Shown: in pieces, positions 29,377 through 38,545 of the stretch
Numbering within the stretch: position 1 is the first letter of the stretch
Layout: the number at the start of each line of letters is the position of its first letter
Origin: Acidilobaceae archaeon
GTDB lineage: Archaea > Thermoproteota > Thermoprotei_A > Sulfolobales > Acidilobaceae
NCBI GenBank assembly: GCA_038897215.1
Contig: JAWAWX010000001.1
Location: 1,024,001 to 1,088,000 of the forward strand
Length of the DNA stretch: 64,000 nt
Direction: 5' to 3'
Program-made: the position numbers and the translations under genes
Notes under the pieces: generated by a model
Told to the model about the DNA's origin: nothing
Database searches by the model: none
The model's input: only the letters and a program-made list of their open reading frames with translations

Positions 29377-30840
29377 GTGAGTATAGAGTCTGGAGGCAAG
29401 CCGAGTCGAGCGCAGTGGGCTACCAACTTCTCTCAGTGGTTTGACACGTTTATAGAGAAGGCTGAGGTATACGATTATGGGAGATACCCAGTTAAAGGAA
29501 TGGGTGTATGGCTACCGTACGGGTTCCAGTTGAGGAGGAGGGTTCTCGAGATCCTGAGAAATCTCCTCGATGAGACAGGGCACGAGGAGGTGCTCTTTCC
29601 TCTACTAATCCCGGAGGATATGTTGAAGAGAGAGTCTGAGCATATCAGAGGCTTTGAGAACGAGGTCTACTGGGTGACACACGGAGGCCTAGAGCCTCTC
29701 GACGTCAAGCTAGCCTTAAGACCTACTAGCGAAACCGTCATAACTTACTTCGAGAATCTCTGGATAAAGAGCTACAAGCAGCTACCCAAGAAGTTCTACC
29801 AGATAGTCAGCGTGTTTAGATACGAGACGAAAGCCACGAGACCAATGGTTAGACTTAGAGAGGTGACTACCTTCAAGGAGGCACACACAGTCCACCATAG
29901 CTTCGAAGACTCTGAGAGACAGATTCTCGAAGCTGTCGATGTGTACAAGAGGTTCTTCGACAAGTTAGGCATACCCTACGTCATATCGAGGAGACCGGAG
30001 TGGGACAAGTTTGCTGGAGCACTCTACACCATAGCCTTCGATACAATCATGCCAGATGGGAGAGTACTCCAGATAGGGACAGTGCACAACCTAGGGCAGA
30101 ACTTCACTAAAGCATTCGGGTTCAGGATACAGCTAGCCGACGGGACTCTCGACTACCCCTGGCAGACCAGCTACGGGGTTAGCGATAGAGTGATAGCGAC
30201 ACTCATAGCCATAAATGGCGACGATAGAGGACTAGTCATCCCCCCAGAGGTGGCTCCAATCCAGGTCGTCGTGATCCCAATACCCTCAGGGAGCCCCGCT
30301 GAGAACACCAAGATACTGGAGATGGCTAGAAGCGTGGCTGAGAATCTGAAGAGAGAAGGTGTGAGGGTTCACGTAGACGATAGAGAGGAGCTACGCCCCG
30401 GCGCTAAGTACTACTACTGGGAGGCTAAGGGTGTACCGCTTAGAATAGACTTGGGAGTCGAGGAGTATAGGAGCGAGACTCTCACCATGACTCGTAGAGA
30501 CACTCTAGCCAAGACTAGAGTGCCTCTCGAGGAGGTCGTGTCAGCCACTAGGAAGCTCTTAGAGAGCGTCTCGGAGAGCCTGAAGCAGAGAAACTGGGAG
30601 TTCTTCAAGTCCAAGATCTCTAGAGTAGACTCGATCGAGGATGCTAGAGAGTCTCTGAGAGAGAGAGGCGGGATAGTCGAGACCCCATGGTGTGGCTCAG
30701 AGGAGTGCGCGAAGAGAGCAGAAGAGCTGATAGACGCTAGATGCCTGGGTACACCCTGGCCTCTAAGAGAAACCGATGGCTTCTGCCCTCTGTGCTCGAG
30801 AAAAGCCGTGACTCTACTAAGATACGCCAAGACATATTAG
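29377..30840 (+). CDS. proS: proline--tRNA ligase (archaeal type)
   Basis: YPVKG, LRPTSET, FRYETK..R.RE, QIGTVH.LGQNF, C-terminal Zn domain ending AKTY. Confidence 0.97.
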   Translation: MSIESGGKPSRAQWATNFSQWFDTFIEKAEVYDYGRYPVKGMGVWLPYGFQLRRRVLEILRNLLDETGHEEVLFPLLIPEDMLKRESEHIRGFENEVYWVTHGGLEPLDVKLALRPTSETVITYFENLWIKSYKQLPKKFYQIVSVFRYETKATRPMVRLREVTTFKEAHTVHHSFEDSERQILEAVDVYKRFFDKLGIPYVISRRPEWDKFAGALYTIAFDTIMPDGRVLQIGTVHNLGQNFTKAFGFRIQLADGTLDYPWQTSYGVSDRVIATLIAINGDDRGLVIPPEVAPIQVVVIPIPSGSPAENTKILEMARSVAENLKREGVRVHVDDREELRPGAKYYYWEAKGVPLRIDLGVEEYRSETLTMTRRDTLAKTRVPLEEVVSATRKLLESVSESLKQRNWEFFKSKISRVDSIEDARESLRERGGIVETPWCGSEECAKRAEELIDARCLGTPWPLRETDGFCPLCSRKAVTLLRYAKTY

Positions 30841-30874
30841 GTTAGAGGCTAGCCTTTCTCGAGGAGTGACCGAG

Positions 30875-31162
30875 ATGGTTAAGAAGAGAGAGAGTAGAGG
30901 GAGAAGGAAAGGAGACAAGGGGAAAGCTAAAGCTATTCAGTGCGATAACTGCGGTAGAGTAGTGCCCAGCGATAAGGCTGTGTGCGTTACCCGCATGTAC
31001 GCTCCAGTCGAGCCCTCTCTAGCCAAGGAGTTGGAGAAGAAGGGAGCGATAATAATGAGGTATCCTGTAGAGAAATGCTACTGCATAAGCTGCGCTATAT
31101 TCTACGGAGTCATAAGGATTAGAGCTGAGGAAGAGAGGAAGCCGAAGACCATAGAGATCTAG
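30875..31162 (+). CDS. rps26e: 30S ribosomal protein S26e
   Basis: KKRESRGRRKG, CDNCGR.VP.DKA, YCISCAI. Confidence 0.96.
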   Translation: MVKKRESRGRRKGDKGKAKAIQCDNCGRVVPSDKAVCVTRMYAPVEPSLAKELEKKGAIIMRYPVEKCYCISCAIFYGVIRIRAEEERKPKTIEI

Positions 31163-31214
31163 GCGTAGATTCGAGGAGCCGACTCCCCTACTACAAGCCT
31201 GCAGGGCGGCTCTC

Positions 31215-31742
31215 TTGCACAGCTTCAACCTGATAGTAACACACCTCCCCGGACCTCATAATAAGAGGAGGAGTAGAGAGATCCTGGAGCAGCTTCTAGA
31301 CGTGGAGATCCTCGAGTCTAGACCTAGTGTGCTCATATGCAGAGTCCCGGAGCCTCTCCAGGCTGTTGAAGTGCTACGACGCAACCTGCCACCCAAGTCG
31401 CCCATACTCCGCGTGATCCCAGTCATAGCTGTTACGAGACCTCGACTAGATGAGGTTAAGAGAGCTGTCTTAGAGGCTATTGCTTCCCAGCCAGAGGGGT
31501 CTTTTGCTGTGAGAGTAGATGGCAGGTTCTGGAGCTCCTCGGGTGAGCCTTTGAGCAGACTTGATGTAGTGAAAGCTATAGCTGAGGATATAGACAGGAG
31601 AGTCGACTTGAGGAATCCCGATGTGCTGGTATACGTTAAGATAGTCAGATTCAGAGGTAGGAGGTGGGCTGCAGTCTACGTAGGCAAGCCTGACTACATT
31701 CTCTCCACGGTCAAGCTCGCTGGAGACCGTTCTTCACTATGA
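31215..31742 (+). CDS. stand-alone THUMP domain protein
   Basis: ILRVIPV, SFAVRV, VDLRNPDVLVYV. Confidence 0.82.
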   Translation: MHSFNLIVTHLPGPHNKRRSREILEQLLDVEILESRPSVLICRVPEPLQAVEVLRRNLPPKSPILRVIPVIAVTRPRLDEVKRAVLEAIASQPEGSFAVRVDGRFWSSSGEPLSRLDVVKAIAEDIDRRVDLRNPDVLVYVKIVRFRGRRWAAVYVGKPDYILSTVKLAGDRSSL

Positions 31743-32463
31743 TCTCGTAGAGTCTTCTGGGGTTTCTAGAGTATAATCTGAGCTTGTTGAGAGTCTTCTT
31801 GCCTCTAGCTGTGAGTTCCACGAATCTCCTTTGCTCACTCATATCCACAGAGACTCCCTCGGGTAGAGGGAAGCCTATCCCTTTCTTCGTCAAGAGCCCC
31901 GAGAAGACTATACCCTTATCTGTGACCACGTAGCTTCTTGGAACGTTGAGGATCGTTAGATGCTTCACTCTACTCAGCGCTAGCTGGATAGAGGCTTGGT
32001 TTATTATGAAGAAGCCCTCGAGGTATACGAGGAAGGCTAGGAATCTGCCGAGATACTCGTTTCCTGTCATGCTAGAAAATGTCTCAGCCATGGCGGGGAT
32101 ATAGCCCCAGAAGAGGAAGAAGTACGCTAAGCCTACTAGGAGAGCTACATTCATATAAGTGAATACCCTGAGCTGGTCTTGGAGTTCTAGAAGCTGCTGC
32201 TGGTCTTGGGTCTGTAGTTCTGTAACGTCTTTCTCCTCGTAGAGCCTCCTACCGGCTAGAATCTCGTCTACACTCCTAGAAGCCTTCTCGAGGGGGCCTT
32301 TAACGAGCCTACTTAGCAACATAGAGGAGGCGATAGAGAGCGCTATTATCACCAAGAACGTCCATATACTTATGCCCATTAGCGAAGCTAGGAGCGCGTA
32401 GAGTAGTATGAAGAGCTGCCCTGTGAGGATTCTGTAAGCCGTGTTCTCGTAGTAGTACGCCAC
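31711..32463 (-). CDS. membrane protein (DUF2208-like)
   Basis: Four TM segments, YEEK, P.SY.VTDKGI, FPL, RRFVE, RLY. Confidence 0.7.
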   Translation of the reverse strand: MAYYYENTAYRILTGQLFILLYALLASLMGISIWTFLVIIALSIASSMLLSRLVKGPLEKASRSVDEILAGRRLYEEKDVTELQTQDQQQLLELQDQLRVFTYMNVALLVGLAYFFLFWGYIPAMAETFSSMTGNEYLGRFLAFLVYLEGFFIINQASIQLALSRVKHLTILNVPRSYVVTDKGIVFSGLLTKKGIGFPLPEGVSVDMSEQRRFVELTARGKKTLNKLRLYSRNPRRLYEIIVKNGLQRA

Positions 32464-32506
32464 AGCCCTCTCCTCCTCTCAAGAGGCAGTCTCTCGAAGT
32501 TTAAGA

Positions 32507-32761
32507 CTACGCTATAGCTTGAGCGCTCTCCCTCTCTCTGATCCTACGCTTAGCCTCAGAGAACCTCCTCCACCCGAGGATCAGCGCTAGCCCCGTGCCC
32601 GCTATGAATCCCCCCGCTAGGATAGCTGCTATGGCTAGTGTTAGCTTGACAACTTCTTCTGAGTGCTCGCTGTAGAGTACGAGATAAGAGTAGATGATAG
32701 CTAGAGCGAAGCCTGCGACCACTAAAGCTAAGCCTGTGACCCTCAAATCCAAGAAGCTCAC
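32507..32761 (-). CDS. small two-TM membrane protein
   Basis: Two hydrophobic helices and a basic tail; start overlaps the upstream stop. Confidence 0.7.
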   Translation of the reverse strand: MSFLDLRVTGLALVVAGFALAIIYSYLVLYSEHSEEVVKLTLAIAAILAGGFIAGTGLALILGWRRFSEAKRRIRERESAQAIA

Positions 32762-32961
32762 TCTCCCCCGCTCTCCTGCTTGATTGCAAAAACCATCCTC
32801 TTACTCTCATAGCTTGGCTTTCTCTCCACTACCTTCCTCCTCACTAAGTCCGCTAGAGCGAGCCTTAGAGCTCTCCTATCTCTCACTAGTCGTAGCGAGT
32901 CCTCTATCTCCCGGAAGGTCAGTTCTCTGCCTCTAAGAATACTCTCTATCTCGCTCTCCAT
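32758..32961 (-). CDS. small winged-helix protein
   Basis: LTFREI..LR.ALADLVRRKVVER.P.YE..RMVF; GGTGA RBS. Confidence 0.7.
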   Translation of the reverse strand: MESEIESILRGRELTFREIEDSLRLVRDRRALRLALADLVRRKVVERKPSYESKRMVFAIKQESGGE

Positions 32962-33172
32962 ACTTCATCTCTCACCGAGAGACGACTAGCCGCAGGCTTT
33001 CATTTTTAACCTACAGGGTCTCCTCGTAGCGCTCTACTACTCATCGATACCAACCTTAGTCGAGAAGCTCGATTGAGTGAAGTGGTTGTGTTCACTCTCG
33101 AGCACCTAAGGCGCCGTCCTCCTCGGTCTCTCTTGCATCAAAAAGCCTCGGCCTCGAGTTAGGGAGCTCTCT

Positions 33173-33427
33173 ATGAGAGTCAGGCTTAATTTAGAGCATA
33201 TAGCTAGAGAGCTTGCTAGTAGCAAATCCAGATACGTGAGAGTCAAGGATGTGAGCGAGATGCTCGGAGTCTCTACGAAAACCGCTGGAAAGATACTAGT
33301 GAGGCTGGAGAGAGAAGGGTATGTTAAGAGGTACTCTCTACGAGCCTACAAGATCGTGTTTTCTGGAGAGAGAACCGTAGAGATCAAGCCTCCCCTTAGC
33401 TCTGAAGAGCGAGGCTCTCGTTTTTAG
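33173..33427 (+). CDS. small winged-helix/HTH protein
   Basis: VKDVSEMLGVSTKTAGKILVRLEREGYV. Confidence 0.75.
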   Translation: MRVRLNLEHIARELASSKSRYVRVKDVSEMLGVSTKTAGKILVRLEREGYVKRYSLRAYKIVFSGERTVEIKPPLSSEERGSRF

Positions 33428-33537
33428 TAGTGGAGCACTAACCCTACTCGAGTAAGCCTCTGAGCTCTCGGGAGCCAAGCTGAGACCGCTAGACACGAAT
33501 ATTAGGTTTCCGAGAGGGGTTGAGATAGGGCGCGCTT

Positions 33538-33816
33538 ATGGCTAGGACGCTGACTTCAGCAAAGCTAGTGCTAGAGGCTTTGGGTTTGAGGCAACTAGAT
33601 GTCTATAGAGTAGTGAGAGACAAGAGGCCTGTAGACTTGGTTAGAGTCATGGACGTATCGAGCGGGAGAGTTGCTCTAGTAGACTTGGGTACTCTGAGAG
33701 AGAGCTTGAGTCTCTCCGAGTACATCGATAGAGTAGTCTCAGAGCTAGCTAGAGCAGGAATCAGGGTCGATGAGAGGAAGCTAGCTGCAGTCAAGGCTAA
33801 GCTCTCGAGAAGCTAG
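33538..33816 (+). CDS. hypothetical protein
   Basis: 92-aa ORF with ATG start and codon usage like its neighbours. Confidence 0.65.
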   Translation: MARTLTSAKLVLEALGLRQLDVYRVVRDKRPVDLVRVMDVSSGRVALVDLGTLRESLSLSEYIDRVVSELARAGIRVDERKLAAVKAKLSRS

Positions 33817-34722
33817 AGATTCAGCTAGCTCTACTGCTGCTCTCCTATCCGGCATAGAGCTACTGCCCTTCAGAGTGACCTTGAGAGAGCCCATGGCTAC
33901 CCCGAGTCTTAGAGCCCACTCTACATCGCTCTCTTCGACCAACCCTACTGTGAACCCTGCGTCGAACGCGTCTCCAGCGCCTGTAGTGTCTACTACTCTA
34001 ACTCGGGGGCTCTCGACTAGGTAGGACTTGCCTCTCGTTAGAGCCACTGCTCCTCTCTCACCCATCTTGACTACAGCAACCTCTGCTCTCGAGCCTCTCT
34101 CTAGGAGTCTACAAGCTCTCTCTAGCTCTGCTGAGCCTAGGAGAGCTTCTAGCTCCTGCCTAGCTACTATAGCTATCTCGACGCTTTTGAGAGCTCTAAA
34201 AACCCCCTCTCTATCCCTCCTGACCTCAGCACCCGGGTCGTAGCTAACCGCTCTCTCAGGGTTCTCAGCCACATAGCCTAAGACTACTCCCGGGCTTACG
34301 CTAGCAAAGTGGAAGTGGTCTCCCGCTCTAGGGATGTGATCGTGAGAGAGATGCGAGGAGACCCCTCTATAGGATATTATCGTTCTCGAGCTATCCTCTC
34401 GAGAGACCACTACAGACGCCACGCTAGGAGGGCCCTCGGATACGATGACGTGAGATACATCGACACCCAGGCTACGTAGAGTCTCGAGGAGCCCGAGCTT
34501 TAGAGCTAGAGAGCTAGCTATAGCTACGAGCGATACCCTATGGCCGAGCTTAGCTACTGCTACAGCATAGTTGGTCGCTGCACCGCCAGGACCTAGCCAG
34601 AGGTCGTCTGCAACTAGCCCCTCTCCAGCTCTCGGGCTTCTCGAGACAAACATAACGATATCGATATTCAGATTCCCCACGGATACAAACGTTTTACTCG
34701 AAGCGCTCAAATCCACACCCAA
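33781..34722 (-). CDS. PfkB/ribokinase-family carbohydrate kinase
   Basis: GNLNID, GGAATN, VKMGERGA, VDTTGAGDAF. Confidence 0.92.
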   Translation of the reverse strand: MGVDLSASSKTFVSVGNLNIDIVMFVSRSPRAGEGLVADDLWLGPGGAATNYAVAVAKLGHRVSLVAIASSLALKLGLLETLRSLGVDVSHVIVSEGPPSVASVVVSREDSSRTIISYRGVSSHLSHDHIPRAGDHFHFASVSPGVVLGYVAENPERAVSYDPGAEVRRDREGVFRALKSVEIAIVARQELEALLGSAELERACRLLERGSRAEVAVVKMGERGAVALTRGKSYLVESPRVRVVDTTGAGDAFDAGFTVGLVEESDVEWALRLGVAMGSLKVTLKGSSSMPDRRAAVELAESLASRELSLDCS

Positions 34723-34873
34723 GTGCTCCTCACAGAGTCCTCTTTAAAAAGAAATAACGTAATACCCTGTGATCGCTAGTAGCCATAAGTCTCTTTGAGT
34801 TACACACGTCAAGCTTATTAGTCTTGGTTCGACTATAGAATATCTATATGATAGTGAGTCGGGTGAGTAAAAG

Positions 34874-35062
34874 ATGGCAGCGTGCACTCAGGCAGTCAAA
34901 GTAAAGACCCCCAGCGGCCAGGAGGCTACACTAGTCCCCAAGAAGGTCTGGCTACTTCAGCCTAAAGGCGGGAAGGGAGTCAAGATAGGGCTCTTCCAGG
35001 ACCCCGCTACTGGCAAGTTCTTCAGAGCTAAGGTCCCCGCTGAGTACCCCGAGTGCGGCTAA
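34874..35062 (+). CDS. creN7: crenarchaeal chromatin protein Cren7
   Basis: [35 protein letters not shown]; GGTGA RBS. Confidence 0.95.
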   Translation: MAACTQAVKVKTPSGQEATLVPKKVWLLQPKGGKGVKIGLFQDPATGKFFRAKVPAEYPECG

Positions 35063-35116
35063 CTAGCTGGCCGCTGGGGGCTTAGAGAGCCCCTCTTCTC
35101 TCTCCTCTTCTCTCCT

Positions 35117-35725
35117 CTACCTCACTAGCCGCTTCTTAGAGAGCTCTCTCACCAACATGATGCGGGAGAGGTCTTCTAGAGCTTCTATCATGTCTAGAGC
35201 CTCGTAGAGGTCTCTCCTACTGTAAGCTACTACCCCGTGTTTCTCCAAGACTGCAGTATTGCACCCAGTCTTCTCTAGCACTGAGGCTACAGCTTCTGCT
35301 AGGTCTCTAGTAGCGGGCTTGATGTAGGGGATTCTGGCTACACAGTTGATAGCGTAGCTAGCTTCACTCAAAGCTTCTAGCTCTATCTCTAAGCCTAGCT
35401 CTGAAACCGCTAGAGTCATTGGGGGGTGTAGGTGAAGCACTGCTCTAGCTTCTCCGACTCTCCTGTAGACCTCTAGATGCAGGCTTAGCTCAGAGGAGGG
35501 AGAGCCCCAGAGGATTCTCCCGTCTAGCGAGACCAGGGATATCGATGTCTCTGTGAGCAGAAACTTCGGAGCGCTCCTGGGGGTTATGTAGACTAAGCCT
35601 AGGCTCTCGTCTAGTATGCTAGCGTTCCCTCCTCTGGCTTGAGTTAGCCCTCTCAGATAAGCTGCTCTCATGACCTCGACTATCTCTCTAGAAGGGCTCC
35701 TGGTAGAGCTCCGTCTATCTATCAG
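35117..35725 (-). CDS. class II aldolase/adducin family protein
   Basis: GGNAS, YITP, PSSE..LH, HLHP, HGV; first ATG is 35671, start extended to in-frame CTG 35725 (uncertain). Confidence 0.85.
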   Translation of the reverse strand: MIDRRSSTRSPSREIVEVMRAAYLRGLTQARGGNASILDESLGLVYITPRSAPKFLLTETSISLVSLDGRILWGSPSSELSLHLEVYRRVGEARAVLHLHPPMTLAVSELGLEIELEALSEASYAINCVARIPYIKPATRDLAEAVASVLEKTGCNTAVLEKHGVVAYSRRDLYEALDMIEALEDLSRIMLVRELSKKRLVR

Positions 35726-36248
35726 ACTCTCCCACCACGTAGTAGTACATAGTGCTCTGCCATCCCGTCTTGAAGCCGAAGATCTTGACGGGCTTCCACC
35801 CGGGGATCTGGAAGTCTAGAGAGATGACGCGAGTCCCTGGCTTGAGTTCCTTAGACAGCTTAGGCTTAAGGGCATCGTTGACGCTAGTGAGTAGATACAT
35901 GTACACTACAGACGCCTCCTCTATAGGAGTCTCGAATATGTCCCCGTTTACTGCCACGAATCTATCCGAGACTTCTTCTAGCTGAGCTCTCCTCATAGCC
36001 TGCTCTAGGAGGTCTCTGCGAGACTCTATGCAAACCCCTCTCCTAACACTCGTTCTCTTCAAAACCTCTATCACAACCCTGCCGTCCCCGCATCCCAGAT
36101 CGTAGAAGACGTCGTCCGAGTTGAACTCCACGAGCTTGAAGAGCATCTCTAATGCTTCACTACGAGTTGGCACGAAGGGGACGAGAGAGCCTCCTAGAGT
36201 CAAAGCGAGCCACCCAAGCCAATCGCTTGTCTCCTCAATACCCCTCAT
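35715..36248 (-). CDS. class I SAM-dependent methyltransferase (aKMT-like protein lysine methyltransferase)
   Basis: VPFVPT, YDLGCGDGRV, VYMYLL..N..LKPKL, SLDF.IPGW. Confidence 0.85.
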   Translation of the reverse strand: MRGIEETSDWLGWLALTLGGSLVPFVPTRSEALEMLFKLVEFNSDDVFYDLGCGDGRVVIEVLKRTSVRRGVCIESRRDLLEQAMRRAQLEEVSDRFVAVNGDIFETPIEEASVVYMYLLTSVNDALKPKLSKELKPGTRVISLDFQIPGWKPVKIFGFKTGWQSTMYYYVVGESDR

Positions 36249-36326
36249 TGCCTCCTAATAGCTACCATACCCTAGAGGCTAATAAATACTCCGAGATGAG
36301 TAGATGCTAGAGTAGGTGACTTAAAG

Positions 36327-36716
36327 CTGGTAGAGTACATTAGCACTCCTCACGCTCCAAGACCAGTAGGCCCCTATAGTCAAGCTGTTAGAGCAGGCTG
36401 CCTCCTATTCGTCTCAGGTCAGCTCCCCATAGACCCCTCCACGGGGGAGCTCATCTCAGGAGACTTCGCTGAAGAGGCTAGGAGAGCTCTCTCAAACGTC
36501 AAATCCATAGTTGAAGCTGCTGGAGCTAGGCTAGATAGAGTAGTCAAGGTCACGGTGTACCTGACAGACCTGAAGCTAGCTGGGGAGTTCAATAGAGTCT
36601 ACGAGGAGTTCTTCGGAGAACACAAGCCCTCGAGGTCTCTAGTCGGGGTCTCGGGCTTGCCTCGAGGAGCGAGAGTAGAGGTGGAGGCCGTAGCCTACCT
36701 CTGCGGGGACTCTTAA
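36327..36716 (+). CDS. ridA: RidA/YjgF enamine-imine deaminase (absent from ORF track; probable CTG start)
   Basis: Translates LVEYISTPHAPRPVGPYSQAV..LFVSGQLP..VVKVTVYL..FN.VY..PSRS.VGV..LP.GA.VEVEAVA; its TAA overlaps the panE ATG. Confidence 0.92.
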   Translation: MVEYISTPHAPRPVGPYSQAVRAGCLLFVSGQLPIDPSTGELISGDFAEEARRALSNVKSIVEAAGARLDRVVKVTVYLTDLKLAGEFNRVYEEFFGEHKPSRSLVGVSGLPRGARVEVEAVAYLCGDS

Positions 36717-37615
36717 TGCACAGAGTCTGCGTGACCGGGCTGGGCGCTGTAGGCAGCCTCCTCGGCTTCTTCGCCTCCAGGGGTCTCGGAGACCCGGTAG
36801 CCGTCATAGTGAGGCGCAGAGAGCAGGCTGAGGTAGTGTCGAGAATGGGGGTCAAGCTAACGGGGCTGATCTCGGGGCGCTACGAGCCCGTAGTCTATGT
36901 CGGAGAGCCCGAAGAATACTGTGAGTACAACATAATAGCCACTAAGGCTTACGACGCGGAGAAGGCTATAGAGGCCACGATCAGCAAGACCGGAGTCTTC
37001 GCCGTAGCCTGTAACGGTCTGGGGCCGCTCGAGGCAGCTGCGAGAACAGGCAAAGGGGCTCTAGGCATAGTGGTAGACTACGGGGTCACCCGCCTGTCAG
37101 ACTGGGAGTTCTCCGTCAGGGGGCTCGGCTGGCTGACCATAGGCCCGCTGAGAGGGTCAGAGGCTAGAGTAGAGCCTCTAGCCGAGGCTCTGGCTAGAGG
37201 AGGGGCTAGAGTGAGAGTAGTCGATGACATAGAGCCTTACAGATGGCTGAAGCTCTCTCTAAACGCTGCAGTAAACCCCCTCACGGCTCTGCTGAGAGCC
37301 CCTAATAGGGTCGTGTTGAGAGAACGCGTCTGGAGCATTGCTAGAGCCGCTTGCGAGGAGGTAGCCGCAGTAGCTAGAGCTCGGGGAGTAGAGCTCCCCG
37401 AAGACCCTCTAGAGTACCTCAGGAGAGTAGCTGAAGCAACGGGGGAGAACAGGTCTTCGATGCTAGCCGACGTGGAGGCATGCCGTAGAACAGAGGTAGA
37501 CTACATAAATGGTGCTGTCGTGAGAGCAGCTGAAGAGCTCGGGCTAAGAGCCCCGGTTAACAGAGTACTCTACGAGCTAGTCAAGGCTCTGGAGGAGGTG
37601 GCTTGTGCCGGGTAA
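36716..37615 (+). CDS. panE: 2-dehydropantoate 2-reductase
   Basis: GLGAVG, TKAYD, WLKL..NAAVNPLTA, NRSSMLAD..RRTEVDYING. Confidence 0.92.
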   Translation: MHRVCVTGLGAVGSLLGFFASRGLGDPVAVIVRRREQAEVVSRMGVKLTGLISGRYEPVVYVGEPEEYCEYNIIATKAYDAEKAIEATISKTGVFAVACNGLGPLEAAARTGKGALGIVVDYGVTRLSDWEFSVRGLGWLTIGPLRGSEARVEPLAEALARGGARVRVVDDIEPYRWLKLSLNAAVNPLTALLRAPNRVVLRERVWSIARAACEEVAAVARARGVELPEDPLEYLRRVAEATGENRSSMLADVEACRRTEVDYINGAVVRAAEELGLRAPVNRVLYELVKALEEVACAG

Positions 37616-38426
37616 GGTGACTGTTAGAGACATACTCAAGATGAAGGGCTCCAGCAAGATCGTAATGGTGACAGCCTACGACTACCCTACAGCGAGACTC
37701 GTGGACAGAGCTGGGGTAGACGCTATACTAGTGGGTGACAGCATGGCTATGGTCGTCCTAGGCTACCCTACTACTCACGGAGCGACAATGAGAGAGATGC
37801 TTGCTCACACAGCGGCAGTAGCTAGAGCTAAGCCGAGAGCTCTCGTAGTCGGAGACATGCCCTTCGGTAGTTACGAGCCTAGCTCGAGGAAGGCGGTAGA
37901 GTCGGCTATAGCCTTCGCTAGAGCTGGAGCCGAGGCGGTAAAGCTAGAGGGGGGTAGCGAGTACGCGGATAGAGTCAGAGCAATAGTCAGAGCCGGGGTC
38001 CCGGTGATGGGCCACATAGGGCTAACCCCTCAGAGGTACCTTAAGCTAGGAGGCTTCAGGCCTGTGGGTAAGAGAGAAGAAGAGGCTAGAATGCTCCTCA
38101 AAGACGCGGAGGAGCTACAGGAAGCAGGAGCTTTCTCTATAGTGATAGAGTTCACGGCAGCAGAAGTAGCTAGAGAGATAACGAGCAGGCTGAGAATACC
38201 CACTATATGCATAGGCTCAGGACCCTACTGCGACGGGCAGGTGCTAGTGCTCCACGATATAATAGGCCTCTCTGAAACCCCGCCACCCTTCGCTAAAAAG
38301 TACGCTAACGTAGCTGAAGCCATAGTAGAAGCTGTAGCAGCATTCGCTAGAGAAGTGAGAGAAGGAGTTTTCCCAAGCTGGGAGCATACTCCAGTAAGGC
38401 TAGAGAAGCCTAGAGGAGAGTCTTGA
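37605..38426 (+). CDS. panB: 3-methyl-2-oxobutanoate hydroxymethyltransferase
   Basis: TAYDY, LVGDS, DMPFGSY, VKLEGG, GHIGLTPQ, DGQVLV.HD. Confidence 0.96.
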   Translation: MPGKVTVRDILKMKGSSKIVMVTAYDYPTARLVDRAGVDAILVGDSMAMVVLGYPTTHGATMREMLAHTAAVARAKPRALVVGDMPFGSYEPSSRKAVESAIAFARAGAEAVKLEGGSEYADRVRAIVRAGVPVMGHIGLTPQRYLKLGGFRPVGKREEEARMLLKDAEELQEAGAFSIVIEFTAAEVAREITSRLRIPTICIGSGPYCDGQVLVLHDIIGLSETPPPFAKKYANVAEAIVEAVAAFAREVREGVFPSWEHTPVRLEKPRGES

Positions 38427-38545
38427 AGCTAGAGTAATCGAGCAGAGTTTAAATAACCTCTATCATATCACGCTGTGAGAGATAGTATCAGGAAAAATTA
38501 CCCCTCCGATCTTCTAGTAGAGGAGAGGAAGCTGGAAGACGTCGA

